Below are positions 27,301-35,033 of a stretch of DNA of 64,000 bases, one piece after another. Positions within the stretch are counted from its first letter, which is position 1. Each line of letters begins with the position of its first letter. Source of the stretch: an uncultured Polyangiaceae bacterium (GTDB lineage: Bacteria; Myxococcota_A; Polyangia; Polyangiales; Houyiibacteriaceae); contig CAXMRN010000117.1 of the NCBI GenBank assembly GCA_964195565.1, forward strand, positions 4,087-68,086, in the 5' to 3' direction. The notes under the pieces were generated by a model. It ran no database searches. It saw only the letters and a program-made list of their open reading frames with translations, and was not told the origin of the DNA. Made by a program: the position numbers and the translations under genes.

Positions 27301-27962
27301 CCCACGCTCACCAGGCCGCCCTCGGGCGCCGTGGCTGACCGCGCGCCGCTGTTGAGCATGTAGACCGCCCCGCCAGCGCCCGGGAAGGTGTACGGCTTGT
27401 CGCTCGCGAAGGAGTACATCCCTTTGGTGCCGATCGACTCGGCCGGGAAGGGCGCGGTCTGGAAAGTGGATTGGAGGACCAACGGGGGCCGATCGGTCAA
27501 CGTGCCGATCGAGTCGAACGTCATCAGGCCAAACTTGATGCGCTCGAGGTAGGTATCGAGCACGCCGTTCCCGCTCTGCGTCCCAGCGTACGCGGGGATC
27601 TCTTGAGGCAGCTGGATGTGCGGCAGGAAATACCCTTCGTCGTACTGACCCGAGTAGATGCCACCGATTCGCGTGTCGGCGTTGCACTCGTATGGGCTGA
27701 ACTCGCCGGTCAGCGCTTGTGCGACGACGGACCAACGGTTCTGTTCGTAGGCGCCCGCTCCACATACCGGCAGGCATTCGAGGCATGCCGGCGTGCTGCA
27801 GATGCAGTCCGGCTTGCGCTCCATCGACCCGGACGTGTCGACCAGGAGCACGAAGTGCGGACGAATGTTGCGGATGTCCGGGTCCTGGGCCGAGACCTCC
27901 GTGCTCGTTCCGAGCGAAGCCAGGAGCAAGCTAGTCAAAGCAAAGTGAAGCCAAAATCTCAT
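24372..27962 (-). CDS. pilY1: Type IV pilus tip adhesin PilY1 (vWA plus beta-propeller)
   Basis: Signal peptide, LLVDTSGSM MIDAS, VLITDG, LGDIYHSTP, STNDGVIHAF, GTELWGFI, ALDVTNP, WQFTD..LG.T. Downstream of the minor pilins. Confidence 0.88.
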   Translation of the reverse strand: MRFWLHFALTSLLLASLGTSTEVSAQDPDIRNIRPHFVLLVDTSGSMERKPDCICSTPACLECLPVCGAGAYEQNRWSVVAQALTGEFSPYECNADTRIGGIYSGQYDEGYFLPHIQLPQEIPAYAGTQSGNGVLDTYLERIKFGLMTFDSIGTLTDRPPLVLQSTFQTAPFPAESIGTKGMYSFASDKPYTFPGAGGAVYMLNSGARSATAPEGGLVSVGADSTAAMTSTNASIQGTILGDSGLGKNPLRPFGSTPTAALVADLETFLQTDADITQKVADPGPGDPYYGCRARSAVLITDGFPNGDMRGPPVNCELLGQPVGATGCPYEEIVDTVSAMIAAGELDKFYVIGFALDGTPAEVAAVETLLNDIAAVGNTDQAFLVADRAELVTALSTALNEQNPGATSRTAPVGTGLTPGLVQAEFISGFNASLDATDPWDGILERRRIECISGIPVAQNVVDADRFHVQLNGQTTAPGDVDPVGSDPPAAVAFGGTFSRNLWTVLPTDPAKINGHLAGNGRERLTSLTNQGIDVPTAGAELNKVPIGEFSKLVSPEYFFGVGSIDTVQRDTVVDWVHGVPGSGREDERLGDIYHSTPAIVGPIVDDLEDRSYNDWRLGFAHQESPDPLEDLSSDGWALNRRPRVIYASTNDGVIHAFLADDHAAGEFTAGNNLDEFACANNQNAGTELWGFIAPMFLDDLDDLLSGGSKQWFADGSIMVRDLYDVRSFAQDDGGGGTEDSPAGVTNVWRTILFLSFRNGGNGIVALDVTNPCKPEFLWQFTDDNLGDTYGQPTAAQIFLEDSDPTPMGNSGGPTVFKPRQSHGVIIVPGGQGVGGAGACTIASGDQLPEDMDDALGVGISPRADRRCWRGTASVPAETQHGRVLYFVDLATGSLIREIGENTFPAPLNGAISVFRGDTGTVGSAAYTVDADGVLWRVDMSSPDPEDWDAEALHDLYYAEGFDEAEPTYYPPALTVNDNGEIVILVGTGNIDVLDDASAKNRVVSITEKLTFDTDGFVDTLEGRLNWEIVLDAGEQMTGPVELFGGQVFFGSFKAGGGTAVDACPFGGSRVWGVHYLDDPTSAGDLVPLLVNSLGNPASVLDSTDIPALENALLVGLQVTQQPVCTATSGVNITDPFDGTVSTLAMPYATSGREFKLMGHLSGSVSTSGGLSINILEEAITAPDGFTVVSGMADTLE

Positions 27963-28648
27963 TGGGACCCCGTGATGAAAGGCCCGCTCACGATGTACGC
28001 GCGCATGTCCGCGCTGGTCTCGTGGGGTTCGCGGCCGTGGTCTTCGACATGAGCGGTATCTGTGGCGCTGTTCAGCCGCGCCCGACCGCGGGCGGTGAGT
28101 GTCGTGCGCATGTATTTGAACTTGGTGCCGCCTTGCGCCGCCGCACCCGGGGCGAGCTTGCTCACGACGTGCTCATCGTAAATGTCGATGACGACGATAG
28201 GCGTCTGTGCGGACGTCGAGCCAAACGAAGAGTCGCCATCGACCGGCAAGTTTGCAAGCAACCCGGGCGTGATGCCGCCGTCTTGCGAGAGCAAGGCATC
28301 AAAGTGCTCCGGGTAGAGCCGATAGGCGCGCCGGTTGTTGGCCAACGGCGGTTCCGGATAGCAGCCGGTGGTGGCGTTGCAGGCGGGGAACTGCACGCCT
28401 TCGGTGCTCCCAGGCGTGAGCATGAGGTTCCGGACGGTCGAAGGACCAAAGATATCGAACCACTCGAGGGCGCCGATCAGGCCGGCTCGAGCCACGTAGC
28501 GTGTCTGCATCTGCTGCCGCGCGAACCCAGCGCCTCGGACTTCGTGTGACACGGTGTTTGCCGAGAACACGGCGCTGGCCGTGCCCACCATGATGATCAT
28601 GAGAACGATGAAGAGCGCGGCGCCTTCCTGCTTTTGACGATGCTTCAA
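27959..28648 (-). CDS. pilX: Minor pilin PilX-like
   Basis: KQEG|AALFIVLMII prepilin site lacking Glu5, typical of PilX. Position before pilY1. Confidence 0.75.
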   Translation of the reverse strand: MKHRQKQEGAALFIVLMIIMVGTASAVFSANTVSHEVRGAGFARQQMQTRYVARAGLIGALEWFDIFGPSTVRNLMLTPGSTEGVQFPACNATTGCYPEPPLANNRRAYRLYPEHFDALLSQDGGITPGLLANLPVDGDSSFGSTSAQTPIVVIDIYDEHVVSKLAPGAAAQGGTKFKYMRTTLTARGRARLNSATDTAHVEDHGREPHETSADMRAYIVSGPFITGSQ

Positions 28649-29988
28649 TTGAGATTCCTCCTCGCCACGTTCATGACCGGGATCTCGATGCGCATCTTAC
28701 GGACGCGAGCGGAGCCCTTCTGTGCGCTGCTCACGTCGAAACGGGTTCCTCCATCGCTCATCGACGCGTAGTCGAGTGACGGGTCCTCGACCGGGCTGCG
28801 GATGCCCAGTTCGATGATGACGGACCGGACCTGTTCCGGGTTGGCGTTGACCGTCGCGGCGCCGGACGTCCCGTAGATCGGGTCGCTCGAGATGTCCGGC
28901 GTCGGTTGTCCAGAGTTCGCGTCGATCAAGAACTTCACCCGGAAGCTGCTCACGTACTCCGCGACCACCTGGGTGGAGTTGAGCCTCACAGCTCCGGAGC
29001 TGGAGTCGAGTGCGCGGCGAACCAGGACGCGGTTCGGTGTTTCGAGCTTGTTCGCCCCACCGTCGGCAGTCGTCAGCAGGGAAGAGGGATTCGACGGGTC
29101 CAGATCGATATAGAACAGGTCGTCGGCGGCCATGAAGTTCCCGCCCACTTCGGTGTTGTCGTAGGGGTCGACGATCGCGTATTCGATCCACTGTAGCGGC
29201 GCGACCGTGGCCCCCTCGGCGGCCCCGGGAAGGCACGCCGTGCCCACAGGAAGAACCGGGTCTACGGTGATGCGGACTTCGTTTTGCGTATTGCCTTGCT
29301 TCCCGAAGACCGACCGAAAAAAGTGTCGTCCTGCCGGGGTCTCGATGTGCAGAACCGAGCCGGTCTGGAATGCTCTCGCGCCCTTTTGCGCGATGCCCTT
29401 CCAGCTCGCGCTCTCGCCGCTCCAGGCGCTGTCCCAATCGAGGTCGCCGGTCAGATAGGTCGGGTCGCTGCCACTGGTGAAGCCATCGGCGACCTGGCCC
29501 CACGAGAAGGTGCGACGGTACGCCTGGTTGCCGGTCTGCAGAACGATCACGGCTCCGTCGATGCTCGCGGAATGAACCAGCAGTTGGTCGGTCAAGTACA
29601 GACTCGTCAGCACCCGGAGTCGGTCCGCGTGCACATCGGAGTTGGTGTTGAGGCTATCCGGATCGAGAACGCCCAGGTCTTGGTCCGGGTAGTATTGAAA
29701 CGCACCCAGCGGGAACGTGCTTCCGCCAAGCTTTGGAAGGGTCGGAGGGGTGGTGTCACAGGTAGACTCGAGAGTGCCGTTCGGAGAGCCAAAGAGACCA
29801 GCCCGCGAGATTTCTTTGCGGAGCTCCATGATCGCCACGCGCGAAGTGCCCTGCGCGGTCGCCACGCGTTGCTCTTCATAGAACTGCCTGCTCATCGCAG
29901 AGCCGAGGCCGTACACGGAGGTGATCGCAGTGAGCCCTACGACCATGGCCACCATCATCTCGATGAGAGTGAAACCGCTCTTCCTCAT
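28645..29988 (-). CDS. pilW: Minor pilin PilW-like (large)
   Basis: MRKSG|FTLIEMMVAMVVG class III signal, IMELRKEISRAG, C-terminal QVRSVIIEL. Confidence 0.8.
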   Translation of the reverse strand: MRKSGFTLIEMMVAMVVGLTAITSVYGLGSAMSRQFYEEQRVATAQGTSRVAIMELRKEISRAGLFGSPNGTLESTCDTTPPTLPKLGGSTFPLGAFQYYPDQDLGVLDPDSLNTNSDVHADRLRVLTSLYLTDQLLVHSASIDGAVIVLQTGNQAYRRTFSWGQVADGFTSGSDPTYLTGDLDWDSAWSGESASWKGIAQKGARAFQTGSVLHIETPAGRHFFRSVFGKQGNTQNEVRITVDPVLPVGTACLPGAAEGATVAPLQWIEYAIVDPYDNTEVGGNFMAADDLFYIDLDPSNPSSLLTTADGGANKLETPNRVLVRRALDSSSGAVRLNSTQVVAEYVSSFRVKFLIDANSGQPTPDISSDPIYGTSGAATVNANPEQVRSVIIELGIRSPVEDPSLDYASMSDGGTRFDVSSAQKGSARVRKMRIEIPVMNVARRNLN

Positions 29989-29990
29989 GC

Positions 29991-30611
29991 CTATTCCCTC
30001 CTCAGCCATGAGACCACCGTCGACGCGTACACCACGTTGACGTTGGGCGCCGTGTCCATGTTCCATCCGCCGGCGGTCGCCGCGTCGCATGCGGCGCCGC
30101 GGAAATCGGTTCCCGACACCCAGTTCGGGTGGGTCGCGTTGCCGCCCAGATGTCCCGCGCGGTACCAAAAGGTGCGGACGTCGACTCGGGCCGAACTCCC
30201 CTGCCTCAGCCAGCTCAAACGCAGGTTGGTGCAGTACTTGATCTCGGAGGAGGTATCCGTGTCTTCGCCAAAATAGTTGAAGCCGGAATGTTCATCGGCA
30301 TCTGAGGGCGATGGCGTGAACCAATCGGTCGCCGACACGGTCCCCGCCAGTTCGCGAAGATACGCGGTCCCGATCAACTGGCTCGTGTTCAACCCTTGCG
30401 TCGACCACGCAAGCGAATCTCGTTCGATGCGCTCGATCCATCGTTCGGTGATCGCCAGTCCCGTGTTCAGCTCGTGGGCCGACCGGTTCGCGCCGCTCAC
30501 CGCGTGATGCATCGAGAGGATGCCAAGCGAGCCGACGGTCATGATGCCAATCGCGATCATGACCTCGATCAGCGTGAAGCCCGCTCGGCTGCGCGTTGTC
30601 GAACCCGTCAT
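29991..30611 (-). CDS. pilV: Minor pilin PilV-like
   Basis: RAG|FTLIEVMIAIGIMTVGSLGI. Start ATG 30611 overlaps the upstream stop. Confidence 0.8.
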   Translation of the reverse strand: MTGSTTRSRAGFTLIEVMIAIGIMTVGSLGILSMHHAVSGANRSAHELNTGLAITERWIERIERDSLAWSTQGLNTSQLIGTAYLRELAGTVSATDWFTPSPSDADEHSGFNYFGEDTDTSSEIKYCTNLRLSWLRQGSSARVDVRTFWYRAGHLGGNATHPNWVSGTDFRGAACDAATAGGWNMDTAPNVNVVYASTVVSWLRRE

Positions 30612-31246
30612 CGCAGCATCCGTGGGGACCCGGTGCCAAGCGGAATCAATACTTTTCGAGCAACGCCCACCGCGTTGCCGCCAACCTCGCGATAGGCGAG
30701 GAATCCAAACCCGGATTGAGCATTGGGGGCCTGCCAGTTGGCGAACAACGCGGTGTCTCTGAAGACCTGGTTGTTCGAGCCGGCCTCGTAGCAGAAGGCT
30801 GTGTTCTGCCAACCGTCGACACGAACGGTTTCGTTGTCCGATGGGTCGGCGTCGTAGGTGTCGGCGTAGAGGAAATCGACGCAGCGCCAGTTTCCGCCGC
30901 AGTCGAGGTCGTCGAGCACGATGTTTGCGGTGTTCTCGAAGGTCGCAAGCGAGCACGCGCCGCTGGTGCCCCGCAAGGTCTCGAAGGCCCAGTCCTGACT
31001 GCTCAGACCGGTTCCCGAGTCGTTCATGTAGATCACTCGATGCGCGCGGCCGTATGCCATCGACATGTAACGGGCACGCTGAAACAGGGACACCACATCG
31101 CGGGCCACCATCGACACCCGCCGATCGGCGAACCCCTCGGCCATGCTTGGCAACGCCGCGCTCACGAGAATCCCCATGACCGCGAGCACCACCATCAGCT
31201 CAACGAGCGTAAACCCTTCACGTCTCTTCCTGGATTCCCCAAGCAC
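30608..31246 (-). CDS. fimU: Minor pilin FimU/FimT-like
   Basis: REG|FTLVELMVVLAVMGILVSAALP...LFQRARYMS. GTG start at 31246 preceded by a purine-rich tract. Confidence 0.78.
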   Translation of the reverse strand: MLGESRKRREGFTLVELMVVLAVMGILVSAALPSMAEGFADRRVSMVARDVVSLFQRARYMSMAYGRAHRVIYMNDSGTGLSSQDWAFETLRGTSGACSLATFENTANIVLDDLDCGGNWRCVDFLYADTYDADPSDNETVRVDGWQNTAFCYEAGSNNQVFRDTALFANWQAPNAQSGFGFLAYREVGGNAVGVARKVLIPLGTGSPRMLR

Positions 31247-31259
31247 ATCCCTCTCTATC

Positions 31260-31275
31260 TGCAACACTCGTACCG
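31260..31275 (-). promoter_or_regulatory. Candidate sigma54 promoter of the minor pilin operon
   Basis: Minus strand CGGTACGAGTGTTGCA: GG-N10-GC with TTGCA. Confidence 0.55.
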
Positions 31276-31421
31276 AAACGGTAGCAACTCGAACTACTGG
31301 AAATTATGAGTGATTAGCCGCTCGGACGATCTGCGCAGCTATGCAGAATATGCGGTCGCTATGAAAAAAATACAGAGGTGCTCGATCATCGCCGGTTCTG
31401 GTCTGGGTCGGACGACCTGGC

Positions 31422-31450
31422 TTGACAGGGTGCAGGGCAACCACTATCTC
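31422..31450 (+). promoter_or_regulatory. Candidate sigma70 promoter for tRNA-Leu
   Basis: TTGACA-N17-TATCTC, ending 15 nt before the tRNA. Confidence 0.5.
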
Positions 31451-31465
31451 GCCCTCTCTTCTCGT

Positions 31466-31549
31466 GCGGAAGTGGCGGAATTGGCAGACGCGCATGATTC
31501 AGGTTCATGTGTCCGCAAGGACGTGGAGGTTCGAGTCCTCTCTTCCGCA
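31466..31549 (+). tRNA. tRNA-Leu(CAG)
   Basis: Acceptor GCGGAAG/CTTCCGC-A, anticodon arm CATGA-TTCAGGT-TCATG, long variable arm GTCC-GCAA-GGAC, T-arm GGAGG-TTCGAGT-CCTCT. CCA not encoded. Confidence 0.96.
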
Positions 31550-31580
31550 CCGAGTCCGTCGTAAACGCTCGATATCCTGG

Positions 31581-31841
31581 TTAGGCGGCCGCTGACTGGT
31601 TGGCTAGCTTCTGGGCGCCGTGAAGCGACACGGCGAGAACCAGACCTTGCATCGATAGACGGCATCGGGGTCCGTCGACCAAGCCCTGGGCGTCGAGGCC
31701 TGCCAGGAGTTCCTGAACATGTGTCTCCGGAACATCGAGCCAGGTGGCCAGGACAGCAGGGGTAGCCTGAATGTCGGCTCGGCCCACCTCGTACAGCGTC
31801 TCGAGCAGCTGCCAACCTAGTTTTTCTTCGTTGATTTGCAT
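31581..31841 (-). CDS. Small winged-helix-like protein
   Basis: LLETLYE...TPAVLATWLDVPETHVQELLAGLDAQGLV...RLSMQGL follows the wHTH pattern. Confidence 0.65.
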   Translation of the reverse strand: MQINEEKLGWQLLETLYEVGRADIQATPAVLATWLDVPETHVQELLAGLDAQGLVDGPRCRLSMQGLVLAVSLHGAQKLANQSAAA

Positions 31842-31862
31842 TGGAAGGAGAAGATCGCTCAG

Positions 31863-31896
31863 TACTGAAAATCGGTCCAGTTTTTGGTGTTCAGTA
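31863..31896. promoter_or_regulatory. LexA-like CTG-N10-CAG box plus extra half-site
   Basis: TACTGAAAATCGGTCCAGTT (31863-31882) and GTTCAGTA (31889-31896), 22-55 nt upstream of the wHTH start. Confidence 0.45.
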
Positions 31897-31940
31897 CGTC
31901 CGAATCCTACACGGCACCGGAATTATAGATGCTTTCGCGG

Positions 31941-34556
31941 TCAGATCTCAAGCTCGACCAACACGAACTTGTTGGAGTCCCGTTTGGTCGACAGTTCACG
32001 GATCTGCCTGTCGGCCACGAGCTTCCGGAAGCTGCGGAGCCGCTTGTGCTCGAGGACGAAGTACGCCCGGCGTCCCTGGTTCTCGGTCAGCCACTTGCGT
32101 ACGCGCTTGTTGTCGGTTTCGGCGAAGACGTAGACCCGATTGCCCGTATAGAAGTTCTCGCCCTTCCAGTTCATTTGCCAAGCCACCAACGGCTCGTCCG
32201 CGCTCTCTCTGTCTTCGTAGTAGCGCTGCGCGAGATCGCGGAGCCCCCAATGGTCGGAGAGGTCGACCATGTACACATTCAGGCCCCAAGCGCAGAACAG
32301 GAACGCGATCCCCACCAAGGCGCGCGTGGCCGCAGGCCGCCAGTATCGAAACGCTGCAGCCACGGTCGCGACGCTCGCTGCCACCGCGAAGCCTGTCAGG
32401 ATGGGGCGGTAGTCGAAGTGCTCGGGCCAGGGTCGGCCATAGTTGTAGACGAAGAGTTGGGCGAGTCGCTCGCTCCCCTGGGGCCGCGCCGAGGTCGCCC
32501 AACTCAAGTCGCGTCCGACGAACGCGGTCACGCACGCGCCGAGAAGCAACGCGACGCCCAGGCCCACATCAAAGCCCGCAGGGGCCAGCTCGGTTTCTGC
32601 CTTCGCAAGGTCCCGGGCCCCGAGCGCGGCGAACGCGACGCCGAAGGCGATCAGCACATACGCCTTAATCGGCTGGGCCTGCTGGAGGACCCAATCCTCC
32701 ACCTGCATGGCGTCCACGGGGATGATTCCGCGAAGATCTCCCGCGAGCCAAGCGAACCCAGCCACCATGCAAAGAGCCGCTGCGCCGCAGAGCAGGGTCG
32801 CCGTCGGTCGCTTCGGACCCCACCACTGTGAGAGCGCGATGCCGATCAGAATGCCCGCCGGAATGATCGTGGGAAGGATGTAGTGGTGGTACTTGGTCAC
32901 CATTGCGCTGAAGAGCACGAATGAGGACAGCAGCCACATCCCGAGGAAGAGCACCATCTCGCTTCGTGGATCCCGATTCGATCGCGATCGAAGCGAGAGA
33001 CACACCATCAGAGCGGCCGGCAACAGCGCGATCCAAGGGAAAGTGGCGTAGCCGATCTGCGCGAGGAAATACTCGATGGTTCCCTTGTCGCCGTGCACAC
33101 CGCTCGCGAGTCGGTTGATGTGATCGTGAATCAACAGCCTGTTGGTGAACGCAGGGCCGTGCCGCACGTACATCGCGAGGTACCAGGGCAGGCTCACCGC
33201 CGTCACGATGACGGCGCCCATCGACACACGAAGCTCCCCGTCGCCGAGCAATGACCACCGCCGCGCAGCGATCAGGTAGAAGAGAGCCGCCGCCCCGGGA
33301 ATGGCGAGCCCCGGGAGCCCCTTGGCCATAAACGCAATCGCGCAGAAGAAGTAAAACGCGTACATCAAGAGCGGCCGCACACGCCGTTCTTTGCGCAGGA
33401 CCATCGCCAGCCCGCCGAGCACGGCGAGCCACAGAACCCCCTGGACGAACGGCTGGCCGCCAAGGCCTCCGACGCGTGGGGTTTGGTCGCGTGGGCCTGG
33501 GTTTCCGGGGACATCGAGATTGCCGGCGGAGCCGTAGAGGAACCGGTCGGGGTGGGCGACCAGGCCATAGCCGTCGACCCAGGAGATGTTGCGGGAGATC
33601 AGATAGACCGCTTGCGGGAGAATCATCAAGACGATCGAGAATAGGACGACGTGCTGGAGCGAGAACCTCCATCTGCCCACCTGGAAGATCGTCGCCTCGC
33701 GCTTCGGGTCCTCTTGCATCGATACGATCAAGCAACAGGCGGCGATCGTGATGGCCGCTACCAACGGCAAGTCGGTGATCGCTTGATGAGAGATGAAGAA
33801 GAACTGCGGCATCGTGGCGGTGACCAACGTGGCGAGCGCAGCGGCGCGCGGCCCAAAGGTTCGGCGCGTGGTGACGTAGATCACGGCGAGCGCGGCCAGG
33901 GTCATCGCGATAGTAGGAAGCCTCAGGGCCCACTCCGGGCTCGCCGGGTTGGCGTCCGGCATGAAGTCGACCCCGAGGAAGCCCATGCTCAACGCTTCCA
34001 TCCAGAAGAGCAGCACCGGCTTCGACCAGAACCACTTGTCCTGCGCCCACCACAAGCTGATCCAGTCATTCCGGGCGAGGATTTCGCGAGCGACCTCGCC
34101 GTAGTGGGTTTCCCACGGGTCCCAGAGGCCGGTGGTGCCCAGCAGCGGTAGGTAGATCGCGCAGATCGCGACCATCACGAGGAGACCCGGTCGACTGAGG
34201 GCAGGGGGAACGAAGCAGAGCAACGCCAACACGATCGTGATCGGCAACCCGTCGTACCCACCAATGACAACCCCTGCGATGAGGACGCCGAGCGACAACC
34301 CCGTCGCCGCGATCGGAGACAACCGCTCGTCGGCCCGTTTACCGAGGGTGGTTTCCTGCCATCCGGTTGCGGTGCCGTCGGGCGTCGGAATGAGCCAGGC
34401 GACCCACGCGGTGGTCGCGATCAGGACGATCAACGTGCCCCATAGCGGGCCAAACGGGAATGGCTCCCGGTTGGCCATCCACAGGGCCATGGCCGCGGTA
34501 GCCGCGACCGCCGTGAGCAAGGCAAAGGGCTTCTCAGGTGTTCGTCCGCCGCTCAT
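31941..34556 (-). CDS. ArnT/PMT-like (GT-C fold) membrane glycosyltransferase
   Basis: LWDPWETHYGEVAREI, FWSKPVLLFW, RLP, FMAKG, PWY, TKYHHYILP; many TM helices. Confidence 0.85.
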   Translation of the reverse strand: MSGGRTPEKPFALLTAVAATAAMALWMANREPFPFGPLWGTLIVLIATTAWVAWLIPTPDGTATGWQETTLGKRADERLSPIAATGLSLGVLIAGVVIGGYDGLPITIVLALLCFVPPALSRPGLLVMVAICAIYLPLLGTTGLWDPWETHYGEVAREILARNDWISLWWAQDKWFWSKPVLLFWMEALSMGFLGVDFMPDANPASPEWALRLPTIAMTLAALAVIYVTTRRTFGPRAAALATLVTATMPQFFFISHQAITDLPLVAAITIAACCLIVSMQEDPKREATIFQVGRWRFSLQHVVLFSIVLMILPQAVYLISRNISWVDGYGLVAHPDRFLYGSAGNLDVPGNPGPRDQTPRVGGLGGQPFVQGVLWLAVLGGLAMVLRKERRVRPLLMYAFYFFCAIAFMAKGLPGLAIPGAAALFYLIAARRWSLLGDGELRVSMGAVIVTAVSLPWYLAMYVRHGPAFTNRLLIHDHINRLASGVHGDKGTIEYFLAQIGYATFPWIALLPAALMVCLSLRSRSNRDPRSEMVLFLGMWLLSSFVLFSAMVTKYHHYILPTIIPAGILIGIALSQWWGPKRPTATLLCGAAALCMVAGFAWLAGDLRGIIPVDAMQVEDWVLQQAQPIKAYVLIAFGVAFAALGARDLAKAETELAPAGFDVGLGVALLLGACVTAFVGRDLSWATSARPQGSERLAQLFVYNYGRPWPEHFDYRPILTGFAVAASVATVAAAFRYWRPAATRALVGIAFLFCAWGLNVYMVDLSDHWGLRDLAQRYYEDRESADEPLVAWQMNWKGENFYTGNRVYVFAETDNKRVRKWLTENQGRRAYFVLEHKRLRSFRKLVADRQIRELSTKRDSNKFVLVELEI

Positions 34557-34903
34557 GGTGACCGAGTGCTGAGGTCGAACCGAGTGAGGCCTTCCGCCGG
34601 GACCACCAACACTCTGACGTGCTCAACCGCGCGCTCGCCAGGCCCATAGACCGTGATTCGCGCCTCATATTCGCCTGGCTGGAGGCGCACGCTGTGCCGA
34701 ATCACCTTGGTTTTCGTGACCGTCTGGTCAAATCGTGAGCTCGCGGCGGCCACACCATCCTGTAGATAGTCGATGTCGAGCTCGGTGACGCCCGGATCCA
34801 GCTGATAGGCGACCTCCACCTCCCGCGGCCAGACCCTTGCCAGGAGGCTGCCGACGAACACTACGCCGATCAGGGCAATCACCGAGGCGATCCTTCGCTT
34901 CAT
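34553..34903 (-). CDS. Small membrane-anchored hypothetical protein
   Basis: MKRRIASVIALIGVVFVG TM helix, then a beta-rich domain (LQPGEYE). Stop overlaps the glycosyltransferase start. Confidence 0.65.
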   Translation of the reverse strand: MKRRIASVIALIGVVFVGSLLARVWPREVEVAYQLDPGVTELDIDYLQDGVAAASSRFDQTVTKTKVIRHSVRLQPGEYEARITVYGPGERAVEHVRVLVVPAEGLTRFDLSTRSP

Positions 34904-35033
34904 TGACGATGGCCCTATGTTTGATCCCAGATCCGACATGCAGCCGACTTTCACCACATTCCCAAAGGGTCCAGTACCTTGGCACCAATTAGAGACGGTG
35001 TTAAATTGGAGTTTGCCCCGTTAGTGCCCCGCT

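Noticed and set aside
31466..31941. tRNA-Leu as an integration site or island boundary
   Set aside because: No integrase, no duplicated tRNA 3' end noticed, and flanking genes look native.
34980..34994. TGGCAC upstream of rel as a -24 element
   Set aside because: No GC at the -12 position.
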